Source: an uncultured delta proteobacterium
GTDB taxonomy: Bacteria; Desulfobacterota; Binatia; Binatales; Binataceae
Direction: 5' to 3'
Assembly (NCBI GenBank): GCA_963794325.1
Contig: CAWCDG010000004.1
Coordinates: 352,001 to 416,000 of the forward strand
DNA length: 64,000 bases
The first letter of the stretch is position 1. Every line of letters starts with the position of its first letter. Below the pieces are notes generated by a model that ran no database searches, was not told the origin of the DNA, and was given only the letters and a program-made list of their open reading frames with translations. Of the stretch, positions 19,801-29,744 are shown one piece after another. A program made the position numbers and the translations under genes.

Positions 19801-21078
19801 TTGTTCCCAAAGTCAGTTACGTATAGATTGCCCGCCGCGTCGGTTGCGACTCCGCCCGCCCTGGCCGGCGACATTGGAAGACAGGCACAGGTCGTTGGCG
19901 CTGGAGACAGCAGAATTGCCCGTGTCATTGTTGCACGCCGATGACGCGAAACTTCCGCCCTGGCCAAAGACATGGTTGGCGGTGGCACTGAAATTCAACG
20001 GAGCGTTGTATTCGAGCACCCGGTTGTTGACCGAGTCCGCAATATAGAGGTCTCCGCTACTATCCACCGCAACCCCCACCGGGAAGTCCAGGCTATTCGC
20101 GCTCTCTCCTCCATTGTTCGCCGCATTGGACGCGAAGCTAAAGTTCTGGCCAAAGACGTTGTTGGCCTGGGCGCTGGTCAACGGATTGAAGTATTCGAGC
20201 ACGCGATTGTTACGGGCGTCGGCGACGTAGAGATCGTTGCTCGAGTCCACCGCGAGCGCTTCAGGGGAGTTAAGGCTAAACGCGTTCACCCCGCTTTGGT
20301 TCGCGGCGGTCGAACTGAAGCTGCCACCCTGGCCGAGGACGAAGTCGGCGATGGTGTTAGTCGTGAGCGGGGTGTTGTACTCGAGTACCCGGTTATCGCT
20401 TTGATCCGAGATGAAAACGTTGCCATTGGAATCCACCGCCACTCCGACCGGATGGCATAGGCTGCTGGCACTCACTCCGCCGCCATCGCAACTGCTGGTG
20501 GTAAAGTTGCCACCTTGCCCGAACACCGAGTTGGCTGATCCGCCAACACACGGAAACGAACCGCATCCGGCGAATGGGGTGCTGTATTCGAGGAGCCGGC
20601 TGTTGAGGGAATCCGCCACGTAAAGATTTCCGCCAGCGTCCACTGCGATTCCGACCGGACCGCATAGGGTACCCCTGGCCGGGGTCACACCGCCATTTCG
20701 GTTGCAGGCGCCCGACTGGAAGTCGGGTTGACCGATCACCAGGTCTGCCGCACCGCCGCTGACAAAGGTGGCAACGTTTTTGTATCCCAGCACGCGGCTG
20801 TTGCCGGTGTCCGAGACGTAGAGGCGATTGGGCGTGACACTTGAGTCAATCGCCACTGATTGGGGAGTCCACGTACCGGTCGCATCGATCAGGTTGAGGC
20901 CGTTGTGGACGAAGTCGGTCTGTCCAAGAACGCGGTCTGCGACGGTGTCGCCGAGCATCGCAATCGAGGGCGTTGCCAGGGCGGCGCCGATGATCAGCAT
21001 CGCAATCATCAGCTCCGGCCGGGCAAACGCTCTCGCGATGCGCGAGCACCGGGTCCGGAATATGTTCAGGTTAGTCAT
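16832..21078 (-). CDS. Large (~1400 aa) NHL-repeat surface protein with Thr/Ala linker and several Ig-like domains, split by two frameshifts
   Basis: ORFs 19813-21162, 19566-19988 and 16832-19579 join into continuous NHL repeats with shifts near 19855 and 19660; RBS before ATG 21078. Confidence 0.8.
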
Positions 21079-21420
21079 TTTTACCGGGCTCCCCTCCCGG
21101 AGAATCCTACATCGAGTACATTCGATCGGACATTTTGTAACATGCCTGATCAAACCAATCAATTATTCGAGTTTGGTTGTTGCCAGACGCGTCTATACGC
21201 GCGACTGACCGGTATGGCGCGGATTTACGCGAGTTTTCTAGGAGTCGGAGATTTTCGACCCGCCCTTAGCTCTGTCACTCCGAAGGATTTCTGAATTGTT
21301 CGGCAACCAAGTCGCGCATGTCACGGTTTTGAGCAGAGTCCGGATCGTGCATTTGCCGCTCCCGCGATTTCACCGAGGGGCTATCCGGTTTTGGCATTCG
21401 GCAGGCGCGGAGGGGCAACC

Positions 21421-21585
21421 ATGATCGCGATTGCGCTGGCATTGTCAGCGGCGCCGCGAATTGGGAAAGCGGGGGACGGCGGCGATGGTCGTGACCTCGT
21501 GCAGTTTCGACAGGAGGTCGAGACGCTCAAGGGCTCCGAAGGCGCCGAGCGACGGGTCGTTCCCGACGGGAGCGGCCTCGGCTAG
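21421..21585 (+). pseudogene. Possible truncated secreted-protein gene
   Basis: GGAGGGG RBS, signal-peptide-like start, coiled-coil-like QFRQEVETLK, stop abutting the next gene. Confidence 0.3.
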
Positions 21586-22713
21586 TTACTTTTTCTCTGG
21601 CGCCGTTTTATCCGGTTTGATTTTCTCGGCGATAGAACTGATCACCAGTAGCACCGATTCCGAGGCAAATCCTGATGCAAACGCCAGTGCCACCGAGGAA
21701 GATCGTGAAGTCGGTATCATGGCGTTGTAGGCGGTAATAGCTATGAGAGGAGCCGAGAGCACCTGCATGATTTGAAAGACCAGGAGCTCACGTACTTGAA
21801 CTGGTGAAAGAGTATTCGATTTTACATCCCGACTCTGACTCTCGTCATCCTTTGGTATAGGCGGCGCGTTGGCCGGGTCGGCAGCCGCGTCCGGAGTCTT
21901 GCCATCGTCGCTAGGGTCGGGGACGTGCACGTCGCGCTGATATTCCGGCACCCGTCGAGCCATGCTAACCGCGGCGCCCATAATGGCCAACATTATGAAG
22001 TACCACGGCACCGCCAATCCTCCGTAAACCATAACCGGATAGAACAGCGCCGAGCGAGCGGCTATCGGGACATGCTCCTCGTCCTTCAGGGCGCTGCCCC
22101 CGATTTTGAACAACCATTGGCCCGCATAGGTATCTTCAGGTTTTTCTGCCGGAGTGGCGGCTGCATGAGGGGAACTGACTTGAGCGGCGTCAGTGGGCGC
22201 GGTGATTCCCGTCGTTGGAGTCGCCTGAGCAGAAGGACTGGGACAGGAGAGTTCCCATTCCGTTTCCTTTCGCGTATGCACACAGCCTCGGACCAGTCCA
22301 ACCGGGCTATCCACCATGGCACGGTAGAAAGCGCTGGGGGTAGTGGAGTCGGTTGAGTTCTTCGAGTTTAAGTAATAGTCGATGCCCAACACGAACGGCG
22401 GCAAAAACGCGACGGACAAGGCGAACAGCACGAAGACGTAAGATATGAGCACCATCTCACGGACGGTATGGACTACGTCATCTGGCTCCATTCTCTTCAG
22501 CGGTCGAGTAAATACGTCCAGGCACCAACCCGCTATCAGCAGGAACGCTAGGAGCGCCACAATGGAAATGCCAAGCCAACTGCCCCATATCGCCGAGGCT
22601 AGCGCGAATCCGATTACTACTATGATCGAGATCGGTCCGCCCAGCTCGCGGAAGAAACCCTGTGTTCTGACAGTTAGTCCACGAAAGAACTCGCCCCATG
22701 TACTGCCAGCCAT
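21586..22713 (-). CDS. Hypothetical multi-pass membrane protein, lower GC
   Basis: 375 aa ORF with hydrophobic segments, GGGGGA RBS, atypical codon usage. Confidence 0.75.
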   Translation of the reverse strand: MAGSTWGEFFRGLTVRTQGFFRELGGPISIIVVIGFALASAIWGSWLGISIVALLAFLLIAGWCLDVFTRPLKRMEPDDVVHTVREMVLISYVFVLFALSVAFLPPFVLGIDYYLNSKNSTDSTTPSAFYRAMVDSPVGLVRGCVHTRKETEWELSCPSPSAQATPTTGITAPTDAAQVSSPHAAATPAEKPEDTYAGQWLFKIGGSALKDEEHVPIAARSALFYPVMVYGGLAVPWYFIMLAIMGAAVSMARRVPEYQRDVHVPDPSDDGKTPDAAADPANAPPIPKDDESQSRDVKSNTLSPVQVRELLVFQIMQVLSAPLIAITAYNAMIPTSRSSSVALAFASGFASESVLLVISSIAEKIKPDKTAPEKK

Positions 22714-22808
22714 AAATCTGTCCCCCCGTTATAACTGCCAGGTGTTGATGGTTGACTGACTGGTAACCCTCCCATTCGGGCGTTCATAGGTCAAGTAAGG
22801 TTCCGATT

Positions 22809-23555
22809 TCACATCGCGAGGCCGCCATCTACCTGGATTATTGCGCCGGTTATGTACGATGCGCCGTCACTCATCAGGAATGCAGCCATAGGCACTACGT
22901 CTTCGACTTTGCCGAAGCGTCCCAGCGGAATCATTGCGAGTGCTTGTGCACGATTCTCTTCGGGCAGCGAGGCTGTCATGTCGGTTTCTATAAATCCCAG
23001 CGCCAGGGCATTGACACGGACACCTAGGCGCCCTACTTCCTTCGCGACGGATTTCGTAAGACCTATCAGTCCCGCCTTAGCCGCCGAGTAGTTCGCTTGT
23101 CCGGGAAGTCCTATAAGACCACTTACCGATGTTATATTGAGGATCGAGCCGCGCTTCGCTTTCATCATCATGAAGGCGGCCGCGCGCGCGAAATTAAATG
23201 CGCCGGTCAGATTGACCCTGATGACCTCGTTCCAGTCCTCTTCCGACATCATCACGAACACTTTGTCGCGCGTCATACCCGCGTTATTGACCAGCCCGTC
23301 GATTTGCCCGAATTCCTTCTTGGTCGCATTGACCATCTCGCGCACGCTCTTGAGATCGCCGACATCGACTTTGAACGCGAGCGCCTTGACGCCGAGCTTC
23401 TCGATTTCGGCCTTCAACTCAGCCGCTGGTTGATCGCTCTTGAGGTAGTTGAACGACACATTGGCGCCGCGCCGCGCGACTTCGAGCGCGATCGCCTTGC
23501 CGATTCCACGCGTCGCGCCTGTAACAATGATTCCGCGCCCTTCGAGATCCTTCAT
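22809..23555 (-). CDS. fabG: 3-oxoacyl-ACP reductase
   Basis: TGATRGIG, NNAGMTRD, GQANYSAAKAG; AGGAG RBS before ATG 23555. Confidence 0.88.
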   Translation of the reverse strand: MKDLEGRGIIVTGATRGIGKAIALEVARRGANVSFNYLKSDQPAAELKAEIEKLGVKALAFKVDVGDLKSVREMVNATKKEFGQIDGLVNNAGMTRDKVFVMMSEEDWNEVIRVNLTGAFNFARAAAFMMMKAKRGSILNITSVSGLIGLPGQANYSAAKAGLIGLTKSVAKEVGRLGVRVNALALGFIETDMTASLPEENRAQALAMIPLGRFGKVEDVVPMAAFLMSDGASYITGAIIQVDGGLAM

Positions 23556-23571
23556 GTTGAGCTCCTGAGTC

Positions 23572-24132
23572 CTAGGCCAAGTCCGCCGCGGCCATTTGAC
23601 GTTCCAAAGCGGGACGGTACTGAGCGATGTACGATAGATAATTGTATCCGAAGGCGCGCTCGAATTCGGCGTCGTATTTCGGCGGATGGCCGCCAAGGTC
23701 CTTGGCGAGCCACGTGAGCACCATCCACTCCTCAGAGCGCGGTGCTTTGCGGAGCGCGTCGCGCCGGAGCATCACCTGCATCGGCGTGACGCCCGTTACA
23801 TTCGCCAACAGCGGAATCATCTCGCTCTCGTTGTTCTGCATCTCGTCGCGCGCGAACATATTCACTGAATAGATCAGCATCGTCGTGATACACGCGGCCA
23901 CCGTCTCAGGCGTCGCGCGATCGCCATACATATGAAGGGGGCCTTTTTGCGAGAGCGCATAAGCAAGGAAGTCCGCATTGGCATCAAGGATCGTCGAGAT
24001 AAACTGAATCGCGCGCGGCGATCCCATCTCGCGCAAGCGCGTCCGCATCGCATCGAGGCCCGGCTTCGCCAGCCTCCGCATAAAACGCCGCCGCGCCGGC
24101 GACAGCCAGTAGATCAATCCCGAGAGCATCAT
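23572..24132 (-). CDS. Hypothetical protein
   Basis: Typical codon usage; lies between the iscA terminator and fabG. Confidence 0.65.
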   Translation of the reverse strand: MMLSGLIYWLSPARRRFMRRLAKPGLDAMRTRLREMGSPRAIQFISTILDANADFLAYALSQKGPLHMYGDRATPETVAACITTMLIYSVNMFARDEMQNNESEMIPLLANVTGVTPMQVMLRRDALRKAPRSEEWMVLTWLAKDLGGHPPKYDAEFERAFGYNYLSYIAQYRPALERQMAAADLA

Positions 24133-24158
24133 CGATCCGTCTAACACGGTCGTTCCTG

Positions 24159-24192
24159 AAAAGAAAAAGGCCGCCCCTTTTTGGAGCGGCCT
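24159..24192 (-). terminator. Intrinsic terminator after the iscA-like gene
   Basis: AGGCCGC stem followed by a U tract on the minus strand. Confidence 0.7.
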
Positions 24193-24215
24193 CGCAAATC
24201 GATCAGTGAGAACTA

Positions 24216-24623
24216 CTATGCGCTGAACGACGACCCGCATCCGCAGGTGCGGCTTGCGCGCGGATTATCAAAACGGAAGCCCGCGCCATGCAGTCCCTCG
24301 ACGTAGTCGAGCGTCGTGCCGGCGATATACGGCAGTGAAATCTCGTCGACCAGTACCCGCACGCCCTCGAAATCCGTGACCCGGTCGCCGTCCTTCTGCG
24401 TGTCGAAGTTCAGGGAATATTGAAACCCGGAGCATCCGCCGCCGACCACTCCGATACGCATCCCATGCTCGGCGCTTAAAGCTTCCTTCGCGTGCATCTT
24501 GCGCACCATCTCGATCGCCTTGGGCGTCAGCTTGACGTCGGGCAGCGACGCGGTATCGACTGGCTGGGCGGGCGCCTGCTGTTCGACATGCGCATGTTCG
24601 TGCGTTCTCGTGCGCGTGCCCAT
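24216..24623 (-). CDS. HesB/IscA/ErpA Fe-S cluster carrier
   Basis: GGGCSGFQY and TCGCGSSF. Confidence 0.93.
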   Translation of the reverse strand: MGTRTRTHEHAHVEQQAPAQPVDTASLPDVKLTPKAIEMVRKMHAKEALSAEHGMRIGVVGGGCSGFQYSLNFDTQKDGDRVTDFEGVRVLVDEISLPYIAGTTLDYVEGLHGAGFRFDNPRASRTCGCGSSFSA

Positions 24624-24796
24624 GATGCTCGATATTCAGTCCTTCGTCCATTTTTTGCTCCAAACCTCCGGTAAGAAGCGCTTACAAATCGATCCAGCGC
24701 CTCATCAAGAACCTAATCATAGCAAATAGTCGAGTCAATGTATCCACAATTGTCAGCGCGAAATGCCCCGCCAAATGCTAGCGTTTTAGCATCGCG

Positions 24797-25906
24797 ATGG
24801 CTCTTTTTACTGAAACCGTGAAGGACCTCGCCAACGAACTTGGATTCGTCCTGGTTGGATTCGCGAGACTTCGTCCGCTAGGGGATCGCGAGGCTTTCTA
24901 TCGCGGATGGCTCGCCGAGGGCGGTCACGCGTCGATGACCTACCTCGCCAAAGATCCTGAACTCAGGTTCGACCCGCGCCGCCTCGACGCTCGCTACAAG
25001 TCCGTCGTCAGCCTGGGCTATCCGTACGCGGCGCGCGCGACACCGAACGTCGATTGGCGCGCGGAGATGCGCGGCAGAATCGCGGCGTACGCGCTCGGCC
25101 GCGACTATCACGAGGTGGTGAAAAAGCTGGCGCGGCAGGTCGGCGACGTGATCCGCCAGCTTCGAGCCGGATCGATAACGCGCACCTACGTCGATACCGG
25201 GCCGGTGTTCGAGCGCGAGTGGGCATCGCAATCGGGTATCGGATGGTTCGGCAAAAACACGATGATTCTGAATCGCGAGCACGGTTCGTATTTCTTTCTC
25301 GCCGAGATTTTCACCGACGTGGAATTCGACGCGCCGGTCGAGCCCTATCGCGATCATTGTGGATCGTGCCGGCGATGCCTCGATTTGTGCCCGACCGGCG
25401 CGCTTGCCGACGGTTACGTGATGCGCTCGGATCTCTGCATCTCGTATCAGACCATCGAAAATCGCGGTGCGATCCCACGCGAGCTGCGGCCCAGGCTGGG
25501 CAACTGGATCTTCGGCTGCGACATTTGCAACGACGTATGCCCATGGAACAACGACCGCGCACCCGACGACTCGATCGACGATCTACTCCCGCGTCTTCCC
25601 GAGTTGCTGGCGCTCAGCGAGGAAGAGTTCGGCTCGCGGTTCACGGTGAGCGCGGTGAAGCGCGCCAAGCGCCGCGGACTGCTGCGCAACGTCGCGGTCG
25701 CGCTCGGCAACACTCGAAATCCCGACGCGGTAGCATCGCTCGCGCGCTCGATTGAATCGGAGTCCGAGGCGTTGATTCGATCGCACGCGGCATGGGCGCT
25801 CGGGCAGATTGGCGGCAGCAGTGCGCGACGCGCACTCGAACGCGCGCTCCGCGACCGCGACACTGCGGTGCGCAGAGAGGCGGATGCGGCGCTGGGAACA
25901 AACTGA
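24797..25906 (+). CDS. queG: Epoxyqueuosine reductase
   Basis: VDTGPVFER, CGSCRRCLDLCP, GCDICNDVCPWN, C-terminal HEAT repeats. Confidence 0.95.
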   Translation: MALFTETVKDLANELGFVLVGFARLRPLGDREAFYRGWLAEGGHASMTYLAKDPELRFDPRRLDARYKSVVSLGYPYAARATPNVDWRAEMRGRIAAYALGRDYHEVVKKLARQVGDVIRQLRAGSITRTYVDTGPVFEREWASQSGIGWFGKNTMILNREHGSYFFLAEIFTDVEFDAPVEPYRDHCGSCRRCLDLCPTGALADGYVMRSDLCISYQTIENRGAIPRELRPRLGNWIFGCDICNDVCPWNNDRAPDDSIDDLLPRLPELLALSEEEFGSRFTVSAVKRAKRRGLLRNVAVALGNTRNPDAVASLARSIESESEALIRSHAAWALGQIGGSSARRALERALRDRDTAVRREADAALGTN

Positions 25907-25966
25907 TCGCAGCCGCTTGTCAAAGCATTGGCGCAAAGCAACACTGTTACGAACGGTGGTCATGCG

Positions 25967-26791
25967 ATGAACGATGCACGACGGGAATTTGCGGCGATTG
26001 CAGCCAAAGAGCCGGTGCCATTGGCGCGCGGCGCGCTGCTGATCGCGAAGGAAGAGTATCCGACCCTCGACATCGACGAGTATCTCGACAAGCTGGCGAC
26101 GCTCGCGCGCGAGGCCGAGCCGATCGTGCGCGCCGGCGAGGATACCGTCGAGCGCATCCAGTTGCTGTCGCATTTTCTGTTCGAGCTGAAGGGCTTCGAG
26201 GGCAACGCCGAGAATTACAACGACCCGCGCAATTCATTTCTGAACGACGTCATCAATCGACGCCTCGGGCTGCCGATCACGCTGTCAGTGGTCTATCTCG
26301 AAGTCGGCCGCCGCCTCGGCATCAATCTGTACGGCGTTTCGTTCCCCAATCATTTCCTGGTCAAAGCGGTCGATGAGCGCGGCGAGTTGATCATCGATCC
26401 ATTCGTCGGCGGGAAGATTCTGGCGCTCGACGAGATTCGCGCGCGCCTGACGCAAATCTACGGGCAGCCGGTCGAGCTGAATCCCGCGATGCTGAAGGCG
26501 CGCGGCGCGCGTCACATCCTGGCGCGGATACTGCGCAACCTGAAAATCATTTACATGGGCACGTCGGATTGGACGCGCGCGCTGTCGGCGCTCGACCGAA
26601 TCATCATGCTGGAGCCGCGATCGCTCGACGAGCTGGTCGAACGCGGCGGCTTGTTCGAGCGGCTGGAATGCTTCAAGCCGGCGCTCGACGACTACCAGAG
26701 TTTTCTGTCGCAGGCGCCCGAGCATCCCGCGGCCGAGGCCGCGCGCGAAGCGGTGATGCGCCTGATTCGTCAAGTTGCGCTAATAAATTGA
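25967..26791 (+). CDS. SirB1-like transglutaminase-core/TPR protein
   Basis: YNDPRNSFLNDVI.RR.GLPI, FPNHFL, ILARILRNLK. Confidence 0.88.
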   Translation: MNDARREFAAIAAKEPVPLARGALLIAKEEYPTLDIDEYLDKLATLAREAEPIVRAGEDTVERIQLLSHFLFELKGFEGNAENYNDPRNSFLNDVINRRLGLPITLSVVYLEVGRRLGINLYGVSFPNHFLVKAVDERGELIIDPFVGGKILALDEIRARLTQIYGQPVELNPAMLKARGARHILARILRNLKIIYMGTSDWTRALSALDRIIMLEPRSLDELVERGGLFERLECFKPALDDYQSFLSQAPEHPAAEAAREAVMRLIRQVALIN

Positions 26792-26806
26792 CGCGCGACC
26801 ACCTGG

Positions 26807-28225
26807 ATGGCTGAATTCCCGAAAGCCCGCGATTTCTTCGAATCGAGCACCGCCGCTGTCGGCGACCACGAGTTGCGGCGCAAGCTCGAAAGCGCCAGCG
26901 GCCGGCATCTCGATCACTTCGCGCAAGTCAAAGCGGAGTTTCCGGCGTACGACGACGAACGCGACGCGGCGCATCGAATCAAGACTGACGCGATTGCGCA
27001 TCTCGACGAATTGCTGATCGAGCTGACCTCGAAGCTTGAAGCGCGCGGATGCAAGGTGTTCTTTGCGGAGGACGCAAAGCAGGCGAGCGACTATATCGTC
27101 GCACTCGCGAAGGCCAAGGGCGCCAGTAACGTCGTCAAGGGCAAGTCGATGACGACCGAGGAGATCGATCTCAACGACGCGCTCGCAAAGGCGGGCATCG
27201 ATGCGGTCGAGACTGATCTCGGTGAATACATCGTGCAGCTTCGCGGCGAGCGTCCGTCGCACATCATCACGCCCGCGATTCATCTTTCGAAGGAAGATAT
27301 TGGCCAGCTCTTCACCGACAAGTTCGGCATCGAGTACACGGCGGAGCCTGAAAAGCTCACGGCCGAAGCGCGATCGCGGCTGCGTGCGATTTTTCTCGCG
27401 GCGGATTTCGGCGTCACCGGCGTCAATTTTGCGATCGCGGAAACCGGCACGCTGATCGTCGTCGAGAACGAAGGCAACGGGCGGTTGTCGAGCACTATGC
27501 CGGAGACGTTCGTCGCGGTGATGGGAATCGAGAAGGTCATCCCGCGGCTCGAAGACCTGAGCCATTTTCTGGAAATCCTCGCGCGCACCGCGACCGGCCA
27601 GAAACTCACGACCTACACCAGTTTCATCACGGGGCCGCGGCGCGAGGGCGAGCTCGACGGGCCCGGCGAGATGCACGTGGTGATCCTCGACAACGGACGC
27701 AGCTCGATGCTCGCGGATCCGGTTCTGCGCGAGGCGCTGAATTGCATTCGATGCGGCGCGTGCCTGAACGTATGCCCGATTTACCGGCGCATCGGTGGTC
27801 ACGCGTATCGATCGGTGTATCCGGGGCCGATCGGATCGATCGTCAGTCCAAATCTATTTGGCAGCGCCGCTGGCTACCTCCCGTTCGCGTCCACGTTGTG
27901 CGGCGCGTGCAAGGACATCTGTCCGGTAAAGATCGACATCCCGCGAATCCTGCTGCATCTGCGGTGGAAGGAGAGCATCGGCAATCATCCGCTCAAATGG
28001 CCGCGCAAGATCGAGCGAGCGCGGCGCGGCGCGCGGCGGTTTGCGAAGGCCGCGCGATTTCCGCGGACGATTCGCACGCTGGGGAAATTCGCGGCGATAG
28101 TGTTGAAGCCATTCGCGCACAATGGTTATCTGCGCCGGATGCCGGGACCGTTCGGCAACTGGACGAAGTATCGCGACTTCCCGCGGCCGCGCCCGCACAA
28201 GCGGCCCGAGCCGCCGCCAGGTTGA
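26807..28225 (+). CDS. lutB: L-lactate utilization Fe-S protein LutB/LldF
   Basis: ETDLGEYIVQL, ENEGNGR, CIRCGACLNVCP. Confidence 0.93.
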   Translation: MAEFPKARDFFESSTAAVGDHELRRKLESASGRHLDHFAQVKAEFPAYDDERDAAHRIKTDAIAHLDELLIELTSKLEARGCKVFFAEDAKQASDYIVALAKAKGASNVVKGKSMTTEEIDLNDALAKAGIDAVETDLGEYIVQLRGERPSHIITPAIHLSKEDIGQLFTDKFGIEYTAEPEKLTAEARSRLRAIFLAADFGVTGVNFAIAETGTLIVVENEGNGRLSSTMPETFVAVMGIEKVIPRLEDLSHFLEILARTATGQKLTTYTSFITGPRREGELDGPGEMHVVILDNGRSSMLADPVLREALNCIRCGACLNVCPIYRRIGGHAYRSVYPGPIGSIVSPNLFGSAAGYLPFASTLCGACKDICPVKIDIPRILLHLRWKESIGNHPLKWPRKIERARRGARRFAKAARFPRTIRTLGKFAAIVLKPFAHNGYLRRMPGPFGNWTKYRDFPRPRPHKRPEPPPG

Positions 28226-28226
28226 G

Positions 28227-28916
28227 GTGGCCGAGCTGCACAAAATAATCGCGAGCGTCAAGGACGCGCTCGCCGGAGCGCGGGACAACTCGCATCCCGC
28301 GGATGCCACCGCCGCGGTGCCGGTGTCGCCGTCGGCGCAGCGGGCGGAGCTCGCATCGTCATTCGCCCGCGAGCTCGAAGAGGTCGGCGGCAGGTTTCTT
28401 GGAATAGTCACTCCCGCCGAACTGACTAATCGAATAGTCAGTCTGGCCGGCGAGATTGCCGCGAAGACAGTCGCGCTTGGACAAACCCTCGCGTTCGACA
28501 TGGACGCGATCGGCGAGGCGCTCGAGCGCGCCGACTTCAGGATCGTTCGTACGGTACCGGTGGCGGACACCGAGCGCGCCGCGATGCGCTCGCGGGTCGC
28601 GGATGCGGATCTCGGGATCGCGGAGGCCGACTACGCAATCGCCTCGACCGGCACGCTGGCCGTGGTATCGAACGCGAGCCGGCCGGGTTCTCTCACGCTG
28701 CTGCCGCCGGCGAGCCTGGTGATCGTTCAGATCGATCGGATGATGTCGAATCTGGCGGCGGTGATGGCCGCGATGGGACCGGCGGGCGTTGCGGAGAATC
28801 GATTGACCTTGATCACCGGGCCGAGCCGGACTGCGGATATCGAAAAGCGAATCGTGCTCGGCGTGCACGGCCCGAAATCATTGCACGTGATCGTGGTGTG
28901 GCCGCGCGATGACTGA
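28227..28916 (+). CDS. lutC: Lactate utilization protein LutC (LUD domain)
   Basis: ITGPSRTADIE..LGVHGP. Confidence 0.9.
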   Translation: MAELHKIIASVKDALAGARDNSHPADATAAVPVSPSAQRAELASSFARELEEVGGRFLGIVTPAELTNRIVSLAGEIAAKTVALGQTLAFDMDAIGEALERADFRIVRTVPVADTERAAMRSRVADADLGIAEADYAIASTGTLAVVSNASRPGSLTLLPPASLVIVQIDRMMSNLAAVMAAMGPAGVAENRLTLITGPSRTADIEKRIVLGVHGPKSLHVIVVWPRDD

Positions 28917-29632
28917 AGTCCAACTATTCTCGACTTGCCTCGCCGAGGAATTTTTCCCCGAGGTCAACGACGCGGCCGCCAGCGTGCTCGAACGGCTGCG
29001 GCTGAAGGTGACGCCGATTCGCAGCGCGTTCTGCTGCGGGCAGGTGGCATTCAATGAAGGCATGCGCGACGAGGCGGTCGATCTCGCGCGTCGATTTCTG
29101 AACTCGGTCCAGCCCGGCGTTCCGATCGTCGTGCCGTCGGGCTCATGCACCAGCATGCTGAAGATTTTCTACGACGACTTGCTCGCCGATGAGTCCAACG
29201 CTCGCCGCCAAGGCGCTAGCGATTCGGCCGTGGGTGTTCGAGCTGTCGCAGTTCATCGTCAACGTGCTGAAGGTGAAGTACCTGGGCGCGCGTTACGAGC
29301 GGGCCGTCGCGTATCATCCGTCGTGTCATCTGATGCGCGAGCTGGGCGTGCGCGCCGAGCCGATGACGCTGCTGAGCGCGGTGGCGGGAATCAAGATTTG
29401 CGAATTGCGCGACCGCGAGGAGTGCTGCGGCTTCGGCGGAATGTTCTCTGTGAAGTTCCCGGATATTTCGGCCTCGATGCTCGAGGACAAGATGGCGCGC
29501 ATCAAGGAGAGCGGCGCAGAGGTGGTAGTCGCGAACGATTGCGGATGCTTGATGCAGATTGGCGGCGGGCTAAGCCGCGCGGGAGAGAAGATTGAGGTGC
29601 GGCATCTGGCGGAAGTGTTGGCGGCGAGATGA
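28909..29632 (+). CDS. lutA: LutA/LldE CCG-domain protein with one frameshift near 29194
   Basis: CCGQ and PSGSC in the first frame; YHPSCH, ECCGFGG and GCLMQI in the second. Confidence 0.85.
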
Positions 29633-29658
29633 GGCGAGCAAAGTGATCGCGCCGCGCT

Positions 29659-29706
29659 AACCTAACCCCTAACCCCTTCCCATAGTGGGAAGGGGAACCT
29701 GATTGG
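29659..29706 (+). repeat. Family B repeat (followed by a degenerate partial copy)
   Basis: Loop variant CATAGTG, shared with 31573. Confidence 0.85.
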
Positions 29707-29744
29707 AAGGCCAGGACCCTTTCAGAGAGAGGGGAAGAACCAGA

